DNA of 64,000 nucleotides from Podarcis tiliguerta. Lineage: Eukaryota. Below are positions 12,302 through 25,015 of the stretch, in pieces; position 1 is the stretch's first letter; each line of letters starts with the position of its first letter. The translations under genes were made by a program, and so were the position numbers. Location: assembly GCA_965153285.1 (NCBI GenBank), contig OZ229111.1; one strand, 5' to 3'. A model generated the notes under the pieces. The model was not told the DNA's origin, did not search any database, and saw only the letters and a list, made by a program, of their open reading frames with translations.

Positions 12302-14619
12302 TTTCCTGACTAACCCAGGAGTTTCAGTGTGCTCCAGTTATATTGTTTTCCTGGGGTGGCAAGTTCTTTCCCTACAAATTGTAACCCCTTCTTCCTATCC
12401 TTGTGTGCCTGTGTTTTAAACAGGTATTTCAGTCCTTGCCTAAGTCAGCTTTTCACTACATTCATTCCACTTTGCATCACTGAGATCTGGTTTTTAATGT
12501 GAGCCGAGAGAGAGTTACAGACAGACAGACACAGAGGGAGAAGACTAATGTGTCTCTCTCAGCAGCAGGACACTTGCCCTCCAACCCCATCTCCTCTTGC
12601 GTCCTGTGTACATGCTCCTTTTCGCACGTATGTTGCGTGGGTGCGTTAGCTTAGTAGTAGTTAGAATTAATTAGCTAATTCTCCCTAACCCAGGAAATGT
12701 GCATGTTGTAGCTGAGCTATTCCCCACTGACATTCGAAGCATGTGCATATTTTGATTGTGTGTGCGTGCTCAGTAATCCTTATCCCCATGTTAAGATCTG
12801 TGCGGAAATATAAGTAAATCTGCACATGTAATTCTATTGCTGCTGTCTAAAGGTGGGATTCCGGGGGTGGGTGGGGGGTGCGTATGTGAAACATGTGCCT
12901 GCCAAGGAAGCTTCCTAACCCTGAATGCTAGTAGCAGAGCTTTTGGACAGTCAGAAATGGCATGCCCCACCAAAAGCAAAATATTCGAGATAAAGCGAAT
13001 TGCTCAAAGACGTTGAACATATGCTGCTGAACATAGCTAGGCTTTTCTTCCATCCGGTAGAGTTTAGATGGATGCAGCAGCTTGTTTACAAGAGATGGTG
13101 TTGCAGGCGAAATGCCAGCATTTTCACCTTCTCCAAAGAGCAGAGTCAGAGTTTGATAGGTGTCTAATACTGCTGGGGTTTCCAGCAAATTAGCTTGTGA
13201 TCTGCAAGAGTCTGCTGTATCCCCTTCACATTCACAAGGCACCTAAAGGGTTTCAGTATCCTTCGGTTTTATGGGGCCCCATAAATGATTGTTTATTCAT
13301 ATCCTGTCATGTTTCTGCAATGCTTTTTTATGTGTGGCCTCTTTTACACTTACAGCTTCTTTCCCTTCATATGCATTGGACTCACGTTTCATCAGCATAT
13401 ATATTCAGTGCTGTACTGAAAGCGCATCTTGCTTATTTATAACTCTTTATTCATTTACGAGGCAGCAGTCAGGCTGTGGGCTTTATTGTTTAATGACAGA
13501 GGATATTTGAATTCCCTGTATCTTGCTGAAGTGGCCCCTTAATTTTGCATAGCTGTGGTTAGAATTGACATTTCTACTCTTTCTGCAGCTTGGTTGGCCA
13601 GTGAATAAGAGCAAATTTGTGCTGTTCACCTATACTGCCATTTTCAGCGTGACTCAAGATTGCTCTCACCAGGGATGAGAAAATTTGGGGGGACTTTCCG
13701 TCTACAGATGTCAGCTGGGGAAAGATTAGTGTGAAATATTAATCTGTCGAGAGAGATGGTCTGTCTCTCACATATAGCTCAGTCCTTTGAGACCTAGTAG
13801 GCTTGAGTCAGCAGAGAAGAGAGCCTTACATTTTTATTTTAAAGGAACAATGCATACAACTCTGCAAACAGTTAAGGATGCCAGTTTCAGAATTTTATTT
13901 TGCATACTCTTAGCAGTGGTGGAAACACTGGAGGATTTTTTTGGTGCTGTCCATTTTGGAAATCTGCCTCCACTTACCTGCAAAAAACATTTTGTCACAA
14001 GAATATATTCAGATTTGCTTTACACCGGAACTCCAGAAAATGATGTTCTTGCGTGAACTTGCCATTAATATTTGTGGGCTTTGAGCCCTATTTAAGTATG
14101 AAACTTCGGCTCTTATCGTAGTTGAGCATTATATTGTAAAGCTATCTCTTTTTTCACCTGCCCATTCAGCCTTTATTGGCATAGTGCAATAAGTATTTAA
14201 CAAGGCACAAACATTTTGCCTGCTTAATCCAATCTGTTCTTGTCTTAACCTCCTTAGAGCGCTGCTATCAAAATCTGAAAAGATTTGCGAGATCTCCAAT
14301 TTGTCAGGAATGCAAGGCAATGTCAGGAGAGGCTATCAAACAGTGAAGACAACTTGGCAGTCTTCCCCTGTGCTCTCACACAGAAAATAGACATGTAATG
14401 CAGGAGGGAATCAAGTACAATAGTTGGGCACTTGCTGAGTGATGTTTTCATTTTCTGTGTGGACCGAGGACAAATAAAGATAGCCTGGACAGAAACAGGG
14501 TGGGTTCCCTCCTTTAATTTGAGGAGACCAGGCATAGCATATTTCAAGAACCTCCTTTGTAGAATACTAAATTATCTACATTCAATGTAGTCTTGCGTAT
14601 CAGAATTTATTTTTTATGA

Positions 14620-15050
14620 TTATGAATATTTATTACATTTCTACCCCGCTCTTCCTCCCAAAGGAACCCAGAGCAAACAAAAAACGCACCAAAGTGCTAG
14701 AACAATACCATAAAAATAAAACATATTTATAAGCAATTTAAAATATTTTAAAACATAAAACAATCACATATTCTCACAGCTTAATAATTTCAAAGTTTCC
14801 ATGAACAGTCTTTCAGCAATCAGGTACTTGGGTAAACAGGAGTGTTTTTAAGTCCCTGCTGAAAAGTTACTAATGAGGGAGGGAGATTCTCCTCCCGAGG
14901 GAGGGCATTCCACAAAGAGAAAACCACTAGCAGGAGAAGGCCTTCTCGTGAGTTAATGCCAATCAGGCAGCATATATTGGCAGTCCCACTGATAGGACCA
15001 TCCCTGCTAGTCTTAGGGCTCAGGATGTTTGGCATTGTGAAAGGTCCTGA
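14620..15050 (-). mobile_element. L2 LINE 3' remnant
   Basis: tttattacatttctaccccgctcttcc tail signature; ORF 14820..15035 contains FSLWNALPRE (L2 LWNxLP motif). Confidence 0.6.
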
Positions 15051-15091
15051 TACAATTATTCATGTTGTTTTTCTCTTCCTTTTCCCCCTAG

Positions 15092-15206
15092 GTATTTCAC
15101 GACTAGATGATCAAATCTTCCTGAACAGGAACCCTGGCATGCCGTCAGTGGTCAAGTTTCACCCGTTCACCCCATGTATAGCGGTGGCTGACAAGGACAG
15201 CATCTG
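15092..15206 (+). CDS. RPTOR: RPTOR exon 26-equivalent (115 nt): GISRLDDQIFLNRNPGMPSVVKFHPFTPCIAVADKDSI(C)
   Basis: Acceptor tttccccctag|GT, donor CTG|gtaagg; contained in ORF 14956..15210. Confidence 0.97.
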
Positions 15207-15547
15207 GTAAGGCACTGGCATTTTAAACACCCTTGAGCTGGTGCCCTGTTCTTGCTGCTAAGCAAAAGCCTCATACATGCAGTCGTCTTGTTGTGCCTGG
15301 ATTTGTTACAGACCCTCCTAATAGAATTTCAGCCTTATTACTTTCTCTGCGGAAGCCGGAGGTGTAATGAAGAGACATTAATCAAACGTTGTTAAATACT
15401 CAAAGTGGGGTGGGCGGGCTGGAGGAATACATTTGATTTGGAGCCAGTGTATAGAATAACATTTTATTTTATTTTTATCCTGGGAACTTACATCCACTTG
15501 GAACCTGAATCCAACTTACCTATTTGTTTCCCCCCTGCCTTTCCCAG

Positions 15548-15672
15548 TTTTTGGGATTGGGAAAAGGGAGAAAAGCTGGACTATTTTCACAATGGGAACC
15601 CACGCTACACAAGGATCACTGCCATGGAATATCTGAATGGACAAGACTGTTCTCTGCTCCTAACTGCTACAG
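15548..15672 (+). CDS. RPTOR: RPTOR exon 27-equivalent (125 nt): FWDWEKGEKLDYFHNGNPRYTRITAMEYLNGQDCSLLLTAT(D)
   Basis: Acceptor ctttcccag|T, donor CAG|gtgggt; contained in ORF 15405..15698. Confidence 0.97.
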
Positions 15673-18582
15673 GTGGGTATGGCCTCATATTTTTTTAAAA
15701 GGAGGGCTAAGAAAGTGTTTTCTGCCCTGTCTATGGACCTCATCTTGCATTTCAGTCACACAGAGGTGTATTGTTATACATGCTTCCTTATTTTATTCAT
15801 CTGTTTTAGTAAAGGGACCCAGCTTTTAATGAAGGTTGTATTTCTTTGAACCAAGAGTGAAAACTTCCGTAGCCTTTTATTTTGCACTGTCTTCAGTGCA
15901 TCCTGCCAACAAACTTATTGAGTCACTCACAAAACACTTCAAGCACCCTGGAGCATCTCTGTTTGAGAATCTTCCTGTGAGCTGTCTCTCACCATGTCTG
16001 TTTCCCTCACCTTCATTTCATCCCAAGTTCGGAAAATGCTTTGGGAATCAGGACAGTCTAGCACTAGCCTGTTCCCTCATACCAGTTTTTTTCATCCTGA
16101 CGTCAGGAATCCTAACCATCAGTTTTAACCCCTGTGCACTTTCTTTGGCCGTCACAACTCCAGAGTAATCCTCTGCTCCATAGGACTTCAGGCCGGGTTA
16201 ACAGATAAAGTAAGCTTCTCCAGAGACCATTATTCTTGCAGGGTGTGTCTTCAGGAATATTGTGCTATGTGACAATCCCTTCCAAAAGCAGCATTATTTT
16301 GTGCAGTCTATTGCCCAGCATATTTTTCCTAAGCATATCATTGTTGTGCTAGTGAACAACACTAATGTTGAATGCATAAGCAAGACTCCAGGCTCCCATG
16401 AACTGCAGTGGGAATCATATGTGTACCACATAGGCAAATGAAAAACTGTGCATCCATTCAGGGAAACATCCACCTCAGCAAAGTGTGACCTGCTTCTCTC
16501 TCTCTCTCTGTCTCTCTCTCCCCCCCCCCCCCATAAACAAGACATTTGAGAGTTTGGTATGTGAAATTCATTTGGAAATTATTGTACATACTATAATTGT
16601 TTTAGCCTTCTTGCTTTGAGTCTATAGCCAAGGTAATCACAAAATCTTTATAGATAATAATCTGTATTTATTCCAGCCCTATCTAAGTTTATGATACAGT
16701 TAATGAATAAAGCTTTGTCCATAACAAGCAGGAAGAAGCTAAACTACTGAGTCTATTTTCATTAACCTTGTTTGAATACTGCTGCTATCACCAATTTAGA
16801 AAGACAGAGACTTAAAAAAACACACAAAAAAGCATCAAACAGCACTTCAGACAAATTTGCTTGGAAGGATACAGTTAATCCCATTTATTTATTACAGTGA
16901 CTGCTGAAACAGATATATTAAGGCAAAATGTTTTGGCTTCTGCCTTCTGTGGCTCCCTTTGACTCTCGTGTCAGTCAAAGGGTGCTGTAGTCGTCTTACC
17001 ACCTTGACTATAACACCCTTGATTTATATGAGAGCTGGTGAAGAAAGTAGAAGCTGAAATGTTTTGCTATAATACCTCCATTTCAGTAGTCCCTCTACAG
17101 ATAGATATGGGGATGGTGAGGAGTGAGCACTGTACTATTTTTAGATTAGAGCATCTTCAATGTTCCTGTCTAGTCTCAAGTATATAAACTAATAAAACAA
17201 GTGCTGCTATATACTGTTGTAGCAGCAGCAGCATAAAGTGCTGTTTTCCCTGTTTCCTTAAACAGCTGGATTTTTTTTATTGCTGTAGTGTTTGACTTAA
17301 TAAGGAAAATTGGGCCAACGGACTATGATACAGCTAAAGCATTGCTCCCATGAACAGTGGGGGGAAATGTTTGCTGAATGACAAGAGGGAGCAACAAATA
17401 AGATGAAGGTTTGGAGAAATAAGGTGCTGCAAGCAGACTGGTCTTAAAGATTGCCATGCCAGGCTAGAATCATTCATAAGACCCTTGCTCATTTTCAGGG
17501 GGAAAACACACTAAAAGAACACTTCGAGGAAAAGAATAAAATAGAAAGCCAACAGAATCTTTATATTACATGTTCTCCAGTTTTTTTTCATAATGTGTGC
17601 CTCTAATTTAAAATCAAAAAGAGCTTCCTGTATGGTACCTATATGTTTTGCCTATAGGGCAAATAATGGTTTGGGAGAATATTTCTTAGGAAAGTGTTGC
17701 ATGGATAAAACTTTAACCTATCAGAATTTGACCTTAATGCTGCCACGCAACCTAGATCAGATCCTTTCCCCCTGCCTTTAGTGGCTACTGTTACACCAAT
17801 GGGAGATCCAGTCCCCATCTCTTCTTGTACTATAACCCTCAGTGGGTGTTTCCACATGGCAGTTTATTGGAAACTCTGTGTTACTCCTGCAGGGCACATA
17901 CAGTCTCATCCTCATCAAAATGCAACCCCATATTATTTTCCCCCATTTAATCCAGATTGATTGTTTTCCCCCTCCTTTTTTTAACCTATCAGAATTTCCA
18001 CAGAACAGGTAAATCCAGATTAAATGGGGGGAAATGTGGGGTGGCATTTTGATGAGAGCTATTTTGTGCGGATGCTGCAGAACTGTAACATTCATGGACA
18101 GCATAGAGTACACAGTAAGATGCTATTTGCACCCAGTGATCGTCCAATTCAAAATCAAAATTGGGATAATACTAGGACCGCAGGAAGCAAAATTCCTTCC
18201 AAAATGGCTGACTTAATTACCAGTAAGGCCGTCTGGAAATACATAATCTATATTGCTGTCAAGCTAGGTTGCTGCCTATCACTCTGAATGTGGCAGAGGA
18301 TAGTGGAGCTTGGCATATTACTCCCTTACTTAAGAGGCAAACGGACTCAACAATATGATTAGAAAGTGTCAGATCAAGCTTTCCATAGTAACAATTGATC
18401 TCTCCATAAGGATGCCTGCTTCCTGTTTGGAGAACCATGGTTTAGTGGAATCTGTCTGAAGCGGCATGAATTTTCTGCTGGAGCCAAATCAGTAATGGTG
18501 ATTAATTTACGGTACTGGGTAAGCCCAGCTTACCCTTCTGAGCTGAATTGCCTTATAGTTTTCTTTCTGTTATTCCTTCAAG

Positions 18583-18687
18583 ACGATGGTGCTATAAGGG
18601 TGTGGAAAAACTTTGCTGACCTGGAGAAGAATCCAGAGATGGTAACGGCCTGGCAGGGCTTGTCAGACATGCTACCAACAACACGCG
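18583..18687 (+). CDS. RPTOR: RPTOR exon 28-equivalent (105 nt): DDGAIRVWKNFADLEKNPEMVTAWQGLSDMLPTTR(G)
   Basis: Acceptor ttccttcaag|AC (AAG type), donor GCG|gtaggt; contained in ORF 18495..18734. Confidence 0.97.
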
Positions 18688-20326
18688 GTAGGTATGACCT
18701 AGCATTCTATCTGGATTTGAAGGGGCAAAAGTAGTTTGCCATCATTTGGAACAGGGTTAGGTAACATGGAGTGGTCTTCACTGTCTACAGTAATACCTTG
18801 TTAACAATGTTTTGGTCTTGATGGAGCCGGTGAGAAATTTCTGCCCTGCAATACTTTAAAAACAAATAATAAATGTAAGATTAAGCTGAGATGCTAGATG
18901 GGGAATAGATGCAATCTTTTTCATAGTGCTGAACAGAGGAGTACAGGTGAGTTCTCTTCCTGGACTGCGCTGGAGCTTCATCACTGGAGGTCAGATCTAA
19001 CTTTTTTGCTTCTAGATAGTGAATTGTTGTGTGAGGCTTTTCTAAGCACCGCCCTTCCTTGGACTCATTATTGCAGCTGGTTTTCTCCTCTCACTTTGGG
19101 GTTTTACCCCAAAAACTCACCTCTTGCCGCTATCCTTTTTTTGTTTGTTTGCTTGTTCCCTTTTGCCCCAGCTCTGCATGCTTCCCATATTACCTTGCTC
19201 AGCCTGCCTTGACTTGGGCACACCGCTTGCAGTATTTCCTGCTGTTCATTGTGGAGGGAGGATGGAAGGTCAAGTGAAACGTCACATTTACAAGATGGTA
19301 GTGCAGGTAGATTTGAGTGTCCCGAACATGTTGAGAATCCAGGCAGGGTTAGGTGTCAACAAGAAACCCATCACTTAACAAGCCCGGCTGAGAGACTGAG
19401 GTGCAGTGTTAGGTGACCAAAAAAAACCCACTATGCCAGATGTGATAATGAAGGATACTTGCTCTGCTTCCAAGACACGAGGAGTCATTAATGCTCTGAC
19501 AGTTCTCATTTCTGAACCTGTGCATCTCAGCACTGAAGCCTGACAACCGCTTATTCGAAAACTTCCTGTTGCTAAACCAGCACTTTGCATTCCCTTTAAA
19601 ATATTTGTGCTGGCATAGCCAGTAAGTGATAGTGGTTTGACACGTCAAAATAAAAATCTCTGCCCTTTGAACATTAAGGGTTTTACATTTCAGTAGCGCT
19701 GCCTACATGTTTTCCTTTAATGTCCTCTTCCTCTCTCACGTTGCCCTGCTTTTCCTGTATAATGTGCCTTCCAGCTATTCATTGGAATTCACAGACGATG
19801 CCTCACTCAGATCTTAAAACTTTGACAGACCTTCCTCTGGTTCTTTCCATGGAAAGAATATTACGGTGATTCTGTTCCTCTTCCTTTTGGGCCAGGTAGC
19901 CTGAAATTTGAGGTGCAGCTTCTGCAAACCCGAGCCATTACATGTGCACAGAACCGATCATAAAGTATGGGAAGTTAGATGTCTGCTATAAACATTGCTG
20001 TGAGTGAAATCCTGCCATTTACAGGAATATTGTCAATAAGAGCAATGGGGAAGCAGCTAAAAGATGCTTATCTTGCGGTTCTTGAATTCCCTCTGGTGCT
20101 TTGGGTGGAGAGTAGAGTACCAAAGTCAAATCTTGTTGATCTCTCCAGGTCTTGTCCTCACAGTCCCTTTACCAAGCTTTAAAGCTTACTTGATGTTCAT
20201 TAAGCACACGTCACCCTAAAGCATCTTGAAACCACATATTTGAGAATCAGCATAGCAGGTGCTGGATTACCCAGTAGGTAGACTTAATATGTGCTGCTTG
20301 GGGCACCTGCAAAAATATTAGCGTGA

Positions 20327-20558
20327 TGTGTGTGTGTGTGTGTGTGTGTGTATCAAAACAAGCACTGAATTAGTCATCGTAGGAGAAATTAGAACTTTGT
20401 TAGACTTCCTTATGCTCCACTACACGCGCTTCTCCCATTCTTCTGTTATTTTTATTACTTATCCCCACCAAAACCTATGAATTTATCCAGAATTTGCAAT
20501 CAGAAAATCTAGAAAGAAATTATCTTAACTTTAGCATACTTGTAAGGTTTGTGTCACA

Positions 20559-20589
<31 letters not shown>
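20327..20589. repeat. (TG)n at 20327-20351 and (CA)n(GA)n at 20555-20589
   Basis: Visible dinucleotide runs. Confidence 0.9.
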
Positions 20590-20994
20590 TTACATTGGCA
20601 AATAGTTCAAGTACAAATGCACTAAGCAAAAAGGCTAATTTAAATTGAATACGTATAAAGCAGCCAACCCCATCATCCCCAATCAGTGTGGCCAAGGCTT
20701 AGGGATGATTGGAACTGTAGTGCAAAACATGTAGAGGGCACCAGTTTGCTGGAGGCTGATATTAATGACACTGCGTCCAACGCTGGCAATAATATTTGAG
20801 AGCTGGCTTTGAAGTCCAAAGAAAGTGGGATAAATCCTGTGTTACATTTTGCATCACAAAAATAGACAAGCAAAGTTCACAACTAAATTTTGAAAATATT
20901 TGTCTAAGACACTCATAGTCTGATAGCCAATGCATTGCTTCTCTCAACAATCAGTAAGTTAAACTGGAAATGTAGTTTTCTAACCCATGTAATT

Positions 20995-21116
20995 TTAGGT
21001 TATCAGACGTCCCCGTTTCCCGGGGACAGTCCCTGGATTTACAAATCAGTCCCCATACAAAATCCATTGAAGTTGAAAGTGTCCCCAGATTCATTGAAAA
21101 AAATCTGGTAACCTTA
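20995..21116. mobile_element. hAT (Blackjack-like) MITE
   Basis: TIRs ttaggttatcaga / (rc) taaggttaccaga; 8-bp TSD atgtaatt / gtgtaatt. Confidence 0.8.
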
Positions 21117-21133
21117 GTGTAATTCCTTTAAAG

Positions 21134-21270
21134 TAGGTGACGAACTTGTGGCCTTCCAGTTAATGTTGAACTTCAACTCCCATCAGCCCCTGCCAGCATG
21201 ACCAATGGTTCAGGGATTATGGGAGTTGTAGTATATCAACGTTTGCAGGGTCACAGGTTCCCTAATCCTG
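21134..21270. mobile_element. Palindromic hAT MITE
   Basis: Fold-back arms (gaacttgtggccttc..caactcccat / atgggagttg..gggtcacaggttc); TSD ctttaaag / ctttaaaa. Same family as 62678-62794. Confidence 0.75.
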
Positions 21271-23638
21271 CTTTAAAAGGTTTAAGATAAGGCGAGAACC
21301 TGCTATCACATGGACACAACTTGATATGTATTGCTGTACTCTGATATCCTCAGTTCTGATGTTAACAGCCTATAAGCCCTTTGTTATAAATTCTGAATGA
21401 GAGTGACCGTTTTTGGCTAAAAATATACTCTGTTTAGCTATCATCTCTTCTCTTAAAATAATTCATTTTTATTGTTTTGAGTCACTACAAAAAAAAAAGT
21501 TTGAGGCTGAAGAGAAGTGGCATTTCATTGATTCAGTTCAATAAAATGTGTACAAGCAAATGTTGCCTTAACCCTTGGACTCCAGCAGAGGCTGGTGTGT
21601 GCAGTCAAATCCAATTGTATCCTTGGCTCTTCCTTTGAAGTGTCTGCCACTGCTGTTGTCTGTGGCTGCAGTTCAAAAGATGAGAAGGCAAGAAAAACCT
21701 GCCCATGTAACAACTCCTTTTAAATAACATTCAGGCATCATAAAAAAATAAAACGTGTAAGCGTAATGAAAGCAGAGCCAACCAACATGTTGACATAAAA
21801 AATATACCCATGAAGCATTGATTTACAGATGCAGCCTAGTCTGGGTAATGGGCAATGGTTTGTTTTTTGATAGTAAAGATCAGCTGTTCCTGGTCATCCC
21901 CTTTTCACACTTTTCTATAGCATGAGCAAATGATTTCTGTAGAGAAGAGTTGCCCAGGTCCCTTGTGACTGTTGTTTCTGATTTCCACTATGGCTTGGAT
22001 TTTCTCCCAGTAATTTCCTCACTGTTTTGGTGAATAAGAAACAGCACTAAAGGAGAGTGATTATGCTTCCTTTACAGAACTATTAAATTTCTCTTTCGGT
22101 CCTTGATTTTGTTACTACCTATGCATATTGCTGTGGGAATGAGAGGGTTAGTTAAATTCACTCTGTGCAAAGGTGCAGGGTGAATTAAATGAGTCCTCTG
22201 TAGAAATGAGATTGTTGTTAGAAGTGCTGGCCTTTGCTGTGGAGACTGCTGGTGCAGTTTGGCACAGGGCTGTAATCTGACTCCTGTCTCTCTGAGACCA
22301 TTGTGCTTGTGGCCTCGATTTTCTGTATGGTGCTTCCTCTTCCTTCCTCTTTTTACATGCTAGTGGAACGATACCTGAATTTTAGCATCCTCTGCTGTTG
22401 GTTGTTTTTCCTCCATCTTTCTCCTCCATCTTCTAATCCTCAGTTGGTGATGTAATCATCTTGATGAAAAATGGGTCACTGACCTCACAAGGGGATTGAA
22501 TGAACAGCAGGAGCAGAGGACACACTTAAAGGAGTGGGTGGACCTGACCTCTTTGTGCAAGCTTTCTCATTTGTGAAGAACAGGCTGGAGTGGATTAAGA
22601 GGGATGGAAGGAAAGGAATCTTATAAAAGTGTGTGTAATTCTCCAGCAAAACATTCATGTGCCTATATATAGGAAACACAAAGGCTTCAGCTCTGTACTG
22701 ACTACGTACTGCAACAGCAAACAGGTTTTTTTCTTAGCATTGGTTATGCCCTTTCCTGGCTCAAATCTACCAAATACATTCATTGTCCATCTAAAAGTTA
22801 AAAGGATTAGATCTAAGAAAGACAGGAGCAAATTTCACATTATGCAAAGTCGTAATATTTTGGATCATGTGAAGATTAGAATAGCTGTGTGAGCACTAGA
22901 GAATCAGGCAGGGGTGGAGGGAACCACAGAATCTATGCACATTATTATGAGTCAGCTCCAGGTTGGTGCTGAATTGGTGTTGATATAATGACCATTTTAA
23001 TGAAAGCACCCAGGCACCACCAGAAATAGTGCAGGCACAGTTCATATTGTACCACTCCGAAGGAGGTGGGGGGAAGTTGCTGAAATGAACATCCGAATAA
23101 ATTCAGCACTTGGCTGTTTTGGCCAAGCAGATCTGTCATTCTGACTTGGTCTGTTCCTCATAACAAGAGATGGACCGGTACTAAGCAAGCCCCTTTATTC
23201 TCCAGGGTTTTCTTTGTGTGTGTGTGGAGTGGTTCTCTTTTAGATGGTTTTGTTTGCAGTTGAACCAGTGAGAAGGGTGACATGGGGAAATGTGAAAGAT
23301 ATAAAAGCAGGGCAAGCCTTGTGCAAGTTAGTGCTTCAGTAGGTTACAGTCTCAAGGTGATTCCTGAGAGGATGCTACTCCCACAGGTGTCCGTTTTGTG
23401 ATTCAGACACTATTTCAAAAGGTCCTGGTTTATGTAGATTGCATGCGAGGTTTCACATGGAATAGGCAGAGTGACTTTTTTCTTTTCTTTTTTACAAAGA
23501 GGGTGTTTAAGATGAGTGGTTTAACAGAAAGCATAATGCAGGCTCCTAGGTCAGACTGTAGACTGGTAGGGGAAGGACATGGCAGTTCCCATCAGCATAA
23601 CCACATCCTGTGTATTACCAGTTAGAATTAGGAAGAGT

Positions 23639-23880
23639 GAAGAAGAGAGTTTTGGATTTGATATCCCGCTTTATCACTACCCAAAGGAGTCTCAAAGCTA
23701 CTAACATTCTCCTTTCCCTTCCTGCCCCACAACAAATACTCTGTGAGGTGAGTGGGGCTGAGAGACTTCAAAAAAGTGTGACTAGCCCAAGGTCACCCAG
23801 CAGCTGCATGTGGAGGAGCGGGGAAGTGAACCTGATTCACCAGATTACGAGACTACCTCTCTTAACCACTACACCACACT
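23639..23880 (-). mobile_element. tRNA-derived CORE SINE (Squam3-like)
   Basis: Colinear and highly similar to 58735-58981. Confidence 0.85.
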
Positions 23881-24967
23881 GAAGAGAAAAGAAAAACAAC
23901 AGCATAAGGAACATCTTTCCCTGAGGTCAGAGAGGCAGTCCATCTAGCCAAGGAGAAAAAATGTGGCATATAAATGTAAATAAATAAAGTACTCTGGCTG
24001 GTGCTCTCAGACCACCGTACAGAACAAGGGATGCCTTACAATGGAGAGAATGGGCTGTCACCTCCAACTGGTGCATCTCTGACCTCTTTGAGGGCATCCA
24101 TCACCACTGCTTTACTTCCTCCCAGTTTTGGGGCTTGTTTTAAAGGTGAGCCCATGGTGTTTGAGAGTGGCCTATGCAAGTCCTGCCCTGGAAAAGGTCA
24201 AGCAGGTTATTTTTCTAGAGTTCCTTAGGCAAACCAAGGGCAGCTAGGCTGGGAATGTGCCTAAGCTGCCCTGTCCTTAACAACTGCGCTGCTGCCGCCA
24301 CCCTGCAGCTCCTCTCATTATCCAGCCTTCTTCCTGATGACTTCAAATGAATCCCCTTGTACTGCTAATTTCCCCCACTTAAACAGTTGTTTGAGCAGAG
24401 TCCTCTGTAAATTGTCCTTCCTCTCTGAATGAGTGCTCATTAGCAAATCATTGAAGTGTGCTTTGTTGCTGCCTACTGTATTGCTTCACTGCTGAGCTGG
24501 TGGCTCAGTGAGGCCTGAGCAACACATCCCTTGGCTGTTTGGATTCACCTCTCCCCTCACAGGGTGTTGGGTTTCTTTGTGGGTTTTTCTTCGGTGAGGG
24601 GTCATTTGGAGCGCAGCTTTCATTTCTCACTCCTCCGCTGACAGCGAGGTGCCTTTCATTCTAGGTAGAGTATAGCAGGGCCCTTCTGAGTGGGATTTGA
24701 GCACATGTGCAAAAGAAGACCGGTCTTGCTTTCCTCCTCATGGCTAATGGCTTCCAAGGATGGCTGCTGTGATCAACCTACTCATCTTCCTTCCTTCCTT
24801 CCTTCCTTCCCTGAATGGAGGCCTCTCTGCCGCTACTGCTTCTCTCTAACTGTGTTCTTTTTTGTTCCTTTTGGGTTGCTTTTCCTAATCCTTTTTTTAA
24901 GATTTGTTTTGCTTTGGCTGACCAACTTACCCTTAGCATCAACCCCTTAATCCCTGTCTTCTCACAG

Positions 24968-25015
24968 GTCTGGCCCGAAGGGTTTCAATCTATCTTGACA
25001 GAAGTAAACAGGGAG
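24968..25015 (+). CDS. RPTOR: Candidate RPTOR alternative cassette exon (48 nt, phase 1-1): (G)LARRVSIYLDRSKQG(G)
   Basis: Branch-like ttaAt (A at 24950) and acceptor tccctgtcttctcacag|; consensus donor GAG|gtgagt. Length is divisible by 3 and stop-free in the RPTOR frame. No transcript evidence is available here. Confidence 0.7.

Noticed and set aside
13560-13810. Possible conserved element or ncRNA with a GGGACTTTCC NF-kB-like site near 13690
   Set aside because: No snoRNA boxes or miRNA hairpin that I can support; a single 10-mer is weak evidence without conservation data.
18559-18582. In-frame 24-nt upstream alternative acceptor for exon 28 (adds VFFLLFLQ)
   Set aside because: It is simply the polypyrimidine tract of the real acceptor, and the upstream AG has a poor tract of its own.
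24645-24670. Small exon cag|cgaggtgcctttcattctag|gtagag upstream of the cassette exon
   Set aside because: The possible lengths (4 or 20 nt) break the frame and the donors are weak; nothing supports it without RNA data.
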